Both the position numbers and the translations under genes were made by a program. Under the pieces are notes generated by a model that saw only the letters and a list, made by a program, of their open reading frames with translations, had not been told where the DNA came from and did not search any database. Source: an uncultured virus (IMG/VR IMGVR_UViG_3300024259_001989) (lineage: Duplodnaviria; Heunggongvirae; Uroviricota; Caudoviricetes). Taken from it: 20,000 nucleotides of DNA. Positions 1 through 7,941 of this stretch are shown in pieces (position 1 is the stretch's first letter; each line of letters begins with the position of its first letter). The stretch lies in the IMG/VR virus record IMGVR_UViG_3300024259_001989. The stretch is one strand, 5' to 3'.

Positions 1-225
1 TATGCAAGATTGGGAGATCATAAGAAGGCACTAGATTACGTTCTAAAGACGTTGGAGCAAATGGAGAAGCATTGCCCTAGTCCTAAACAGGGCTATCTCG
101 TTAAAGCAATGGACTGTGCTGGATATATGAAAAAACATCATTCTAAAAAGTGGAAAGAAATATTACTACATTATAGGAAAACTGGTAAGAATGATTGCAT
201 AAGGAAGATGGTTAAAAAATGTTAA
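1..225 (+). CDS. 3' end of a gene entering from the left edge; hypothetical protein with a TPR-like helix
   Basis: Frame 1 is open from base 1 (YARLGDHKKALDYVLKTLE...), so the TTG at 10 is probably internal. YxxLGxxxxAxxxxxxxL resembles a TPR consensus. The TAA stop overlaps the next ATG (ATGTTAA). Confidence 0.6.
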   Translation, partial: YARLGDHKKALDYVLKTLEQMEKHCPSPKQGYLVKAMDCAGYMKKHHSKKWKEILLHYRKTGKNDCIRKMVKKC

Positions 226-926
226 ATATAGATTTTACTACAACTTCATGTTGTCGATATGATTTACTTTCTAGAACTTATAATAGTTTTGTTAGTAATT
301 TTGCAGGTATAAATTTTAAACAATCTACGTTATTCTTAAATCTAGATCATTATGAAGGCTTTGGAGATGTAGAAAAGAGTATCGAGGTGGCTAAATCTTT
401 TTTTGGAAATGTTGTTCATAACGTTTCAGAGCAGCCAAATTTTGCCAAGGCCGTAAAATGGTGTTGGAGTAATGATTTTAATACAGATTTTGTTTTTCAT
501 CTTGAAGAAGATTGGCAGTTGCTTAAGCCTGTCGAGATCGATGATTTGATTAATGTGTTTAAAAAAAATGATTCAGATGTAGTTAGTGTTAGGTTGAGAA
601 GTAGAGGGAGATTAAGAGAGGGTGTTGATAATGCTATTATTCTAGCTCCATCTTTATTTAAAAAAGATTTTTTACAGATACATAAATATATGAATGACAA
701 TAAAAACCCAGAGAAGAGTATACATGATATTGATTTTTGCGCTAGGAGGCAGATTAGTAAAGAAATGAGAATTAAAAAATCTTATTCTTATGTTTTTACA
801 AATGCGAATATGAAGAAAAATGATAAATCTAGTAGTCTTGTAGAAGATATTGGTAGAGAATGGAGGAATGAAAAAAAATGTTCCCTACAAAAGAGAGGTG
901 TTATTTGGAGGTTTGAAGGATGTTAG
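219..926 (+). CDS. GT-A fold (GT2-like) glycosyltransferase
   Basis: N-terminal strand TTTSCCRYDLL and acidic metal-binding motif FVFHLEEDW; paralogous to the next ORF; coupled to neighbours at both ends. Confidence 0.65.
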   Translation: MLNIDFTTTSCCRYDLLSRTYNSFVSNFAGINFKQSTLFLNLDHYEGFGDVEKSIEVAKSFFGNVVHNVSEQPNFAKAVKWCWSNDFNTDFVFHLEEDWQLLKPVEIDDLINVFKKNDSDVVSVRLRSRGRLREGVDNAIILAPSLFKKDFLQIHKYMNDNKNPEKSIHDIDFCARRQISKEMRIKKSYSYVFTNANMKKNDKSSSLVEDIGREWRNEKKCSLQKRGVIWRFEGC

Positions 927-1594
927 ATATAACTACAACAGCCACTGTTAGACCAGATTTATTTTATCAAACTCTTAAATCTTTTACTAAGAATTTATTT
1001 ACCAATAAAAAGGAGTATCGTTTGATCTTAAATATAGATCCCATAGGAGAAGATGAAGATCCTATGGAGATGGTAAAAGTAGGTAAGAAGTTTTTTAATG
1101 ATGTAGTTTATAATATCCCTGATAAACCCAACTTCGCTCAAGCGTGCAAGTGGTGCTGGCAAAATGCTGATTCAGAATATATTTTTCATTTGGAAGATGA
1201 CTGGGAGTTAGAAAGAAGGATACTCATCGGCAATTTGTGTTTTATAATGCAGAAAAATATAAATATGATGTCTTTACGAATGCCAAAATCTACTTTGGCT
1301 AAATTAGACAAGAAAGATGTTAGAAAGGGTTTTATACATCATCATAAGCTTCTGTTAAATCCGACATTATTTAGAGGTGATTTTATTAGAGATATAGCTA
1401 GCAAAATGAATATCGTTGATAATCCTGAGAAGCAATTAAGAAAAGTGTTCAAGTTAACAAAGGATGAAGTTGCTGGGATCTATTGTGGATTAGGAAAGGG
1501 CGTATATTTAAAACATAATGGTAGAAGATGGCAAAGGGCTAGTAATTATAAAAAAATAAAAGGTTCTAATTTTATAACTTGGGAGAAAAAGTAA
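920..1594 (+). CDS. GT-A fold (GT2-like) glycosyltransferase, paralog of 219..926
   Basis: ITTTATVRPDL, PNFAQACKWCW, YIFHLEDDW and NPEKQL motifs are shared with the upstream ORF. Confidence 0.65.
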   Translation: MLDITTTATVRPDLFYQTLKSFTKNLFTNKKEYRLILNIDPIGEDEDPMEMVKVGKKFFNDVVYNIPDKPNFAQACKWCWQNADSEYIFHLEDDWELERRILIGNLCFIMQKNINMMSLRMPKSTLAKLDKKDVRKGFIHHHKLLLNPTLFRGDFIRDIASKMNIVDNPEKQLRKVFKLTKDEVAGIYCGLGKGVYLKHNGRRWQRASNYKKIKGSNFITWEKK

Positions 1595-2521
1595 ATGAAA
1601 GTTTGCATATTAGAGGACTATAACAAAGATACGAGTGGTAAGCATAAATTTTTAAATAGGCTTGTCAAATACTTCCAAGGTAATGGCATAAAGATGGTCA
1701 ATAACAATGCCGATATAGTGCTTCATATCGGAAGAGACCGCAAAAGAGTAAAGAAAATTAACACTAAGAAAATCATAATGAGAATAGACGGTCTTATTCT
1801 TAATAAATCTGCTCCTTACGAGAAAAATAATAACAAAATACTCAAGTATATAAATATGAGTGATGGATTAATTTATCAAGGTGATTTTTGCAAGTTAGCT
1901 TATGAAAAATTTCTTAAAGTTAATAAAAAGCATGCTTGCATTCATAACGGAGCTAATCCCAATGAATTTTTAAAGAGAGATGTAAAAAATTATTATCTAA
2001 CTTTTTGCAAATGGAGACCACACAAAAGATTAACCAATGTGTGTAATGGTTTTATAGATGCTTGTAATAAGGGGTTAGATTCTATTTTGTATGTTGGAGG
2101 GAATGTGGAAGATAAGGATAAAATTCTGCATCCTCAAATCAAGTACATAGGATGGCAATCAACTGAAAAAATGAAAGAATATCTTGCAGGAGCTATAGCT
2201 ACTATACATCTATCTTGGTTGGATTGGTGCCCAAATGCTATGGTGGAATCTATTATGGCTGGTTGCCCTATTATATACTCTGATTCTGGAGGATCTTCAG
2301 AGATAGGTAAGTTTGGAGGAGTGCTTATCAAAGATGTTCAATGGAACTTCAAGCCTCTAGAACTTTATGACCCTCCTATACTAAGCACGAATGAAATATC
2401 TGATGCTTTATTTTACGCGAAAAATAATGTTATTCAAGTGAATAGAAGTCATCTAGATATCAATCATATAGGAGAAAAATATGTTAACTTTTTTGAAGAG
2501 GTTCTATCTTGTCAAAAATAA
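1595..2521 (+). CDS. GT4 (Glycos_transf_1, GT-B) glycosyltransferase
   Basis: IHNGAN, KWRPHKRL and C-terminal DWCPNAMVESIMAGCPIIYSDSGG (variant of the E-x7-E motif with the first residue Asp). GGGAG upstream; ATG abuts the previous TAA. Confidence 0.85.
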   Translation: MKVCILEDYNKDTSGKHKFLNRLVKYFQGNGIKMVNNNADIVLHIGRDRKRVKKINTKKIIMRIDGLILNKSAPYEKNNNKILKYINMSDGLIYQGDFCKLAYEKFLKVNKKHACIHNGANPNEFLKRDVKNYYLTFCKWRPHKRLTNVCNGFIDACNKGLDSILYVGGNVEDKDKILHPQIKYIGWQSTEKMKEYLAGAIATIHLSWLDWCPNAMVESIMAGCPIIYSDSGGSSEIGKFGGVLIKDVQWNFKPLELYDPPILSTNEISDALFYAKNNVIQVNRSHLDINHIGEKYVNFFEEVLSCQK

Positions 2522-2988
2522 TAACTATACCAACGTCTTCATTATTTTTTCCCTATAAGCCTGATTTAGAACATTACTATAAAGAGTACTGGAGGAAAGA
2601 TGGTAACTATTTATGGATGGGTAATCATCCGTTAGCCTTGTTTGCAGAAGATTATGTAAAATATGGTGATAAAGTTTTAGAAAATTTAGATAACCATACG
2701 TTTATAATTTATGAGTACGATAGGTATTCTGAAGCTCCGACTGTTAAAAACGATACACATAAATACAATGCTTCAAAGAGAATAATGAATATGGTGGACT
2801 CTGTAAAAAAACATGGGTATTGTTCAGGAAAATATGATAAATCCAAACATTTGATAAGAGTGTTTAGAGCTACTGATGATAGATATATGTCAGGAAAAGA
2901 AGTCTATGTTTTGAAGAGTAAAAAGCATAGAGCATCAGCATGTTGTGCCTTAGGTATTAAGGATATAAAGGTAAAGGTTATCAATTAG
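2509..2988 (+). CDS. hypothetical protein with a degenerate ParB/sulfiredoxin-like C-terminal region
   Basis: TTG start with GAGG upstream, overlapping the previous stop. MVDSVKKHGY and YVLKSKKHRASACCALGIKDIKVKV resemble the ParB/Srx patterns LxxSIxxxG and (D)GxHRxxAxxxLGxxxIxVxV. Confidence 0.55.
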   Translation: MSKIITIPTSSLFFPYKPDLEHYYKEYWRKDGNYLWMGNHPLALFAEDYVKYGDKVLENLDNHTFIIYEYDRYSEAPTVKNDTHKYNASKRIMNMVDSVKKHGYCSGKYDKSKHLIRVFRATDDRYMSGKEVYVLKSKKHRASACCALGIKDIKVKVIN

Positions 2989-2989
2989 A

Positions 2990-4111
2990 ATGAAGAATAT
3001 TTTACTAATTACTACTGTGTATAGAACAGGGGAAAAGATATATCCTATCATTCCTAAATTGTCGGAAAAATATAATATTCACGTTTTAAATATGTATCAA
3101 ATGAGCAATAAAACACCATGGGTTGATAAGAATGATCCACGTATAAATTTTTATAAGGTGTGTGATCGATATTGCTCTTATGTTACGCATGGGCCAAAAT
3201 ATATTCACGATAGCAAAGTAGATGCCGATAGTAATCTCAAGTTCGTCAATAAGATAGACAGATATTTGCAGAGAGATTATTATGACTTAGTTATTTGGGA
3301 TAACAATATCACTATTAAGGGAGGAGAGTGGTCTGGCTTATACAAATGGTTTAATGATCAAAATATTATTAACATAGGCTGTCCTCACGGCAATAGAGAA
3401 GTTAAGTCTTATAGAATTCATAAGAGGATAGGCAGGCTTTACGATTATTCTTTTGTTTTTGGGAATAAAGAAAAGAAAGCACTGGAAAAAATTTCTAAAG
3501 GCAAGTTGAAAAATAAGCTTTTTACAGGAGGCATACCTTCTAATGATAAGTTAAAACATTACAAGAGAGGGAATAAATATATTCTGATCATACCTAATTT
3601 TACAGATCCTTCTTTGGTGGCAGGTCAAACTTCTTGTTTCTCCATATTTACAAAAAATCTTTTTGAAGAATTAAAGATTGAAGAATTGAGTAAAGAATAT
3701 GATTGTGATGTTATCATTAAAGAAAAGCTTAAACTATATTATCCTACCAATTTTTTAAAAAAGGAGTTGAAGTCGTATAAAAATGTTCATTGTATTGATT
3801 ACTATGAGGATGATAATCAGCTTATAGCAGATGCCATCTGTGTTATAAGTTCTCCGTCTACGTTGGCTTTCAAATCTATTCAGATGGGGATACCGACTGT
3901 CCTACTGAAGGGTCATGGCATGAATGGTAATTTTTCAGATTATCCATGGGTTATAAAAAATGATCCAGTGAAGTTGAGAGAATTTATTAATAAACAAAAA
4001 GAAGCAGGTAAAAATGTTAAATTTATTACAGATACGTTAGAAGGTGGATTAGATTTTAATTCTGCCGATATTTATATTGATAGAATAAATAAAATACTAG
4101 GAGAAAATTAA
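2990..4111 (+). CDS. divergent GT-B fold glycosyltransferase-like protein (capsule-modification/CDP-glycerol transferase-like C-terminus)
   Basis: 373 aa; CPHGN motif, 'FVFG...TGGIPSND' and C-terminal LIADAICVISSPSTLAFKSIQMGIPTVLL, typical of the GT-B nucleotide-binding domain (S-T-x3-E/K-x4-G-x-P). Confidence 0.55.
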   Translation: MKNILLITTVYRTGEKIYPIIPKLSEKYNIHVLNMYQMSNKTPWVDKNDPRINFYKVCDRYCSYVTHGPKYIHDSKVDADSNLKFVNKIDRYLQRDYYDLVIWDNNITIKGGEWSGLYKWFNDQNIINIGCPHGNREVKSYRIHKRIGRLYDYSFVFGNKEKKALEKISKGKLKNKLFTGGIPSNDKLKHYKRGNKYILIIPNFTDPSLVAGQTSCFSIFTKNLFEELKIEELSKEYDCDVIIKEKLKLYYPTNFLKKELKSYKNVHCIDYYEDDNQLIADAICVISSPSTLAFKSIQMGIPTVLLKGHGMNGNFSDYPWVIKNDPVKLREFINKQKEAGKNVKFITDTLEGGLDFNSADIYIDRINKILGEN

Positions 4112-4647
4112 TGTCTTTAAAATTACATTTAGGCTGTGGTGATAAGCATATCGATGGATACGTTAATATAGATATAAGACCGATGGAGGCAGTCGATAAG
4201 GTTGATAATATAAAATATTTACGTTCATTTAAAAAAGATAGTGTTGACGTTATTTATTCGGCATCAGTTCTTGAACATTTTATAAGATGGGAATATAAAA
4301 ACGCTTTGAGAAGATGGTATGAAATATTAAAGCATGGGGGAGTACTAAGATTAGGTGTTCCCGATTTTGGGGCCATTATGAAATATTATAATCAGAGTGG
4401 AGATATTGATAAGGTGATTGGTCTATTATATGGAGGTCAAGATTACGACCAAAATTTTCATCATATGTGTTGGGATTTTAAAAGTTTGAAAAGAGATTTG
4501 GAAGAATTGGGTTTCAAGAATGTTCACAGGTATGATTGGAGAGATACTGAGCATTCTAATATTGATGATTTTAGTCAATCTTATTTACCCCATATGGACA
4601 AAGAGAATGGGATGTTAATTCATCTTAATGTGGAGGCAACTAAATAG
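4111..4647 (+). CDS. class I SAM-dependent methyltransferase (Methyltransf_11-like)
   Basis: KLHLGCG motif I, GYVNID, VDVIYSASVLEH, ILKHGGVLRLGVPD; TAATG coupling with AGGAG upstream. Confidence 0.85.
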   Translation: MSLKLHLGCGDKHIDGYVNIDIRPMEAVDKVDNIKYLRSFKKDSVDVIYSASVLEHFIRWEYKNALRRWYEILKHGGVLRLGVPDFGAIMKYYNQSGDIDKVIGLLYGGQDYDQNFHHMCWDFKSLKRDLEELGFKNVHRYDWRDTEHSNIDDFSQSYLPHMDKENGMLIHLNVEATK

Positions 4648-4695
4648 AGAATATGTTTTCTGATAAATATAAAAATTTAATAACGATTGCTTAGG

Positions 4696-5382
4696 ATGAG
4701 AGATAAAAAAAAGATTTATTTAATGGGCAGTTGCAGGTTGCTAAAGCCATTACGTGGTAGTATGGATAAGATGGACAAATATAATGGAGGTTATATTTAT
4801 TCTTCTTCGGAAGTTATTCAGGCTTTTAAAATTATGTCAGGAAGCATGGTTGTTTCGAAAGATTTAGAAAATTATGTTTTTTATGATTATGGAGTGCCTG
4901 AAAAAAAGTTATATAATATTTCTAAAATAGAAAAATTCATTATCGAAATAAGTTCCATTAAAAAATATATTTATGATGATTTTTTATTGTCCGCTTCTTT
5001 AATGATGAGAAAAGATGATTTTTCAGAATATGATATTTTAAAAGATATTAGGCCTATTAAAGAGTCCGAGGAAGAAATGATTAATAATTTTTCTTTAATA
5101 AAAGATATTACAAAAAATAAGAAAATTATATTTATATCTCATAATAATATGCCCTGCTTGGAAGTGCGTTACTTTATTAATAAAGTTTTAATAGAGTGGT
5201 GTAGCCGAAAAGATAATAATCATACCTTTTATAATATTGATACATTTATAAAAAAAGAGAATAATCCAAATTCATTTTTCAGATGCCCTAAAGATCAAAA
5301 ATACGAGATGGATTATAACCATTATTCAAAAAAAGGACGTAAGAAAATAGCTAAGCTATACGGTTCTTTAATGGGAGATTAA
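4696..5382 (+). CDS. hypothetical protein, SGNH/GSCFA-like fold candidate
   Basis: ATG at 4696 preferred over TTG at 4687. N-terminal IYLMGSCR, central FIIEISS and C-terminal DYNHY (DxxH) follow the block order of SGNH hydrolases/acyltransferases. Confidence 0.5.
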   Translation: MRDKKKIYLMGSCRLLKPLRGSMDKMDKYNGGYIYSSSEVIQAFKIMSGSMVVSKDLENYVFYDYGVPEKKLYNISKIEKFIIEISSIKKYIYDDFLLSASLMMRKDDFSEYDILKDIRPIKESEEEMINNFSLIKDITKNKKIIFISHNNMPCLEVRYFINKVLIEWCSRKDNNHTFYNIDTFIKKENNPNSFFRCPKDQKYEMDYNHYSKKGRKKIAKLYGSLMGD

Positions 5383-5430
5383 ATGAGAGTTTGTATTCAT
5401 TTGTTTGCATATTAACTACATTGATAAATT

Positions 5431-6432
5431 ATGAATATAATTACAATTATAGGTACAAGGCCTCAGTATATAAAACTTAAACCATTTTATGATTATTGTA
5501 AAGATAATGGTATATCTAATTACATTATAGATACTAATCAGCATTATTCTAATAATGTTTCTAAAAATTTAATAGAAGAATTAGGTTTAAAAATAGATTG
5601 CAATTTAAGAATAGAATCTGGTGGAGAGATATCTTTTATTGCTAACGGTCTTCTATCTATTCAAAATAAATTAGAAGAAGTTAGTAATAAGGATAGCATA
5701 GTTATTGTTATAGGGGATACCAATAGCACATTGATTTCATCTATTGTATCGAAAAAAATGGGGTTAAAGTTAGCGCATATAGAAGCAGGTATTCGTTGCT
5801 ATGATAGGAATAGGCCAGAAGAGTTAAACAGAATATTGGTTGATGACCTTTCTGATATCCATTTTATATCTAGAGAAAGAGATAGGGAGAGCGTATCGAA
5901 TCCTGTTTATGTCGGAGATTTGGAATACTATTTTCTTAATAGTATCGAACATTTATACGGAGATATTTCTTATGATGGAAATATTTTATTAACCATACAT
6001 CGGCAAGAGAACATGGATGTTGATCATTTATATAGAATATTTGATCTTTGTGAGTCTATTAAATATCCTATTACTTTCCCCATACATCATAGAACAGATA
6101 ATTTTGTTAAAAAGAATGACATACTTATTCCTGATAATATAGAAGTCATTGAGCCGATAAGTTATATAGATATGATTTCTTTCATGAGAGGTTGCAGGGG
6201 AATCATAAGTGATAGTGGAGGAATAACAAAGACTGCTCCGTTTTTTGGAAAGAAGTGTATCATTCCTTTATATCAAGTTGAGTGGAGAGAAGTAATATCA
6301 GAGGGATATGCTATTAATTATTTAAATAAGCATTTATTTGACGATTATAAAATAGAACGTAACACGGATTTATATTATGTAAAAAATAGTTGTGAGATAA
6401 TAGTTAATAAAATTTTGGAGAATAATGAATGA
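5431..6432 (+). CDS. wecB: non-hydrolysing UDP-N-acetylglucosamine 2-epimerase family (WecB/WbpI-like)
   Basis: GTRPQYIK, TNQHY, GDTNSTL, AHIEAGIR, PEELNR, TIHRQEN and SDSGG motifs. Adjacency to wbpD/wbpB suggests a WbpI-type role. Confidence 0.9.
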   Translation: MNIITIIGTRPQYIKLKPFYDYCKDNGISNYIIDTNQHYSNNVSKNLIEELGLKIDCNLRIESGGEISFIANGLLSIQNKLEEVSNKDSIVIVIGDTNSTLISSIVSKKMGLKLAHIEAGIRCYDRNRPEELNRILVDDLSDIHFISRERDRESVSNPVYVGDLEYYFLNSIEHLYGDISYDGNILLTIHRQENMDVDHLYRIFDLCESIKYPITFPIHHRTDNFVKKNDILIPDNIEVIEPISYIDMISFMRGCRGIISDSGGITKTAPFFGKKCIIPLYQVEWREVISEGYAINYLNKHLFDDYKIERNTDLYYVKNSCEIIVNKILENNE

Positions 6433-6983
6433 AAGAAGTATATATTCATGAATCAAGTTATGTAGATGATAATGTTTCTATTGGCGAAGGAACAAAGGTG
6501 TGGCATTTCTCTCATATTCAGAGTGGAGCCTCAATAGGTAAAAATTGTGTGATAGGGCAAAACGTTAATATAGGGCAAAACGTTAATATAGGACAAAATG
6601 TTAAGATTCAAAATAACGTGAGTGTTTATAGTGGGGTTATTATAGAAGATGATGTTTTTGTTGGCCCTTCAGTAGTTTTTACTAATGTGACGAATCCAAG
6701 ATCTTTTGTTGAAAGAAGAAATGAGTTTAAAACTACATTGCTTAAAAAGGGTTGTTCTATTGGTGCTAATGCTACAGTGTTGTGTGGGGTAGAGATTGGT
6801 GGCTACGCTATGGTTGGGGCAGGTGCGGTTGTTACTAAAGATGTTAAAGAGCATATTGTTGTGGTGGGATCTCCAGCTGAAAGATATGGTAAAATATGTA
6901 AATGTGGGGAAATTATAAAAAAGAATAATGAAAATATGATAGTGCTATTCAAATGTAGTCTTTGCGGCACTAAAATATATTAG
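6429..6983 (+). CDS. wbpD: WbpD/WlbB-like UDP-3-amino-sugar N-acetyltransferase (left-handed beta-helix)
   Basis: IGEGTKVWHFSHI, KIQNNVSVY, GPSVVFTNVTNPRS, SIGANAT and C-terminal CxCG...CxxCG, as in WbpD/WlbB; ATGA overlap. Confidence 0.9.
   Translation: MKEVYIHESSYVDDNVSIGEGTKVWHFSHIQSGASIGKNCVIGQNVNIGQNVNIGQNVKIQNNVSVYSGVIIEDDVFVGPSVVFTNVTNPRSFVERRNEFKTTLLKKGCSIGANATVLCGVEIGGYAMVGAGAVVTKDVKEHIVVVGSPAERYGKICKCGEIIKKNNENMIVLFKCSLCGTKIY
6552..6605 (+). repeat. 18-bp tandem repeat (2 perfect + 1 degenerate copy) encoding IGQNVN hexapeptides
   Basis: ATAGGGCAAAACGTTAAT at 6552-6569 and 6570-6587, ATAGGACAAAATGTTAAG at 6588-6605. Confidence 0.9.
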
Positions 6984-6997
6984 AATGTGAGGTTTAT

Positions 6998-7933
6998 ATG
7001 AAAAGATTTGCTTTGATAGGAGCTGGTGGATATATTGCTCCAAGACATATGGAAGCTATAAAAAAAACAAACAACGATTTGATTGCAGTGTTAGATAAAC
7101 ATGACTCAGTTGGTATAATTGATTCGTATTTTCCTACTGCTAAATTTTTCTCAGAATTTGAGATATTTGATCGATATGTAAATAAATTAAAATATGAAGA
7201 TCCTATAGATTACCTTTCTATTTGTTCTCCAAATTATTTGCATGATTCTCATATTAGGTATGGGCTTAGAGTTGGTTCAAATGTTATTTGTGAGAAACCT
7301 GTTGTAATAGATCCTTTGGATATGGATGCCCTACAGAAGATAGAAGATAAGTCGGTAGGAAAAATTAATTGTATTTTACAACTTAGATTGAGTGAAGCTT
7401 TTAAAAAGATAAAACAAAAGGTGGATAATGCCAAAGATGTTTTAGATATTGATATAACATATATTACTTCTAGGGGTAGCTGGTATTTTTATTCTTGGAA
7501 GGGTGACGATAAAAAATCTGGAGGTTTACTTTACAATATAGGTGTTCATCTATTTGATCTTATGTGTTGTGCATTAGGAGATCCTATTGAAAATGTAGTG
7601 CATTTGAGAGAAGATAATAGATCGGCAGGTTTTTTAAGATTTAACAAGGCAAGAGTAAAATGGTTTTTATCAGTTAGGAATAGTGATGTTCCCGAAGATA
7701 TTAAAGATAGTAGAATATATCGCTCGATTAATATAGATGGAGATGTATTTGACATGTCTTTTGGATTTAAAAATCTTCATACAAAATCATATGAAAACAT
7801 ATTGTCTGGGAATGGATTTGGAATATCGGATGTCAGATCTTCTATAAAATTAGTCCATTCAATAAAAGAGAAAGAAATTACAGGTATTAGCGGAGATCAT
7901 CATCCGTTGTTAATGGATTCGAATTTTAGATAA
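6998..7933 (+). CDS. wbpB: WbpB/WlbA-like UDP-GlcNAcA 3-dehydrogenase (Gfo/Idh/MocA oxidoreductase)
   Basis: MKRFALIGAGGYIAPRHM, DSVGIIDSYFP, ICSPNYLHDSHI, VICEKP, YITSRGSWY..SWKG..KSGG...NIGVH and LHTKSY..IL.GNGFG are characteristic of WbpB. GAGG upstream. Confidence 0.93.
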   Translation: MKRFALIGAGGYIAPRHMEAIKKTNNDLIAVLDKHDSVGIIDSYFPTAKFFSEFEIFDRYVNKLKYEDPIDYLSICSPNYLHDSHIRYGLRVGSNVICEKPVVIDPLDMDALQKIEDKSVGKINCILQLRLSEAFKKIKQKVDNAKDVLDIDITYITSRGSWYFYSWKGDDKKSGGLLYNIGVHLFDLMCCALGDPIENVVHLREDNRSAGFLRFNKARVKWFLSVRNSDVPEDIKDSRIYRSINIDGDVFDMSFGFKNLHTKSYENILSGNGFGISDVRSSIKLVHSIKEKEITGISGDHHPLLMDSNFR

Positions 7934-7941
7934 GGAATTTT

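Noticed and set aside
2509..2988. Chromosome/plasmid partitioning parB
   Set aside because: Too short, with no HTH or dimerisation region, a degenerate motif, and no parA or parS-like repeats seen.
5383..5430. Sigma70-like promoter (TTGCAT/TTGTTT ... TAAATT) before the epimerase
   Set aside because: Spacing is poor, the putative -10 abuts the ATG, and such hexamers are expected by chance in AT-rich DNA.
6552..6605. CRISPR-like array
   Set aside because: The repeats are contiguous with no spacers and encode in-frame hexapeptides.
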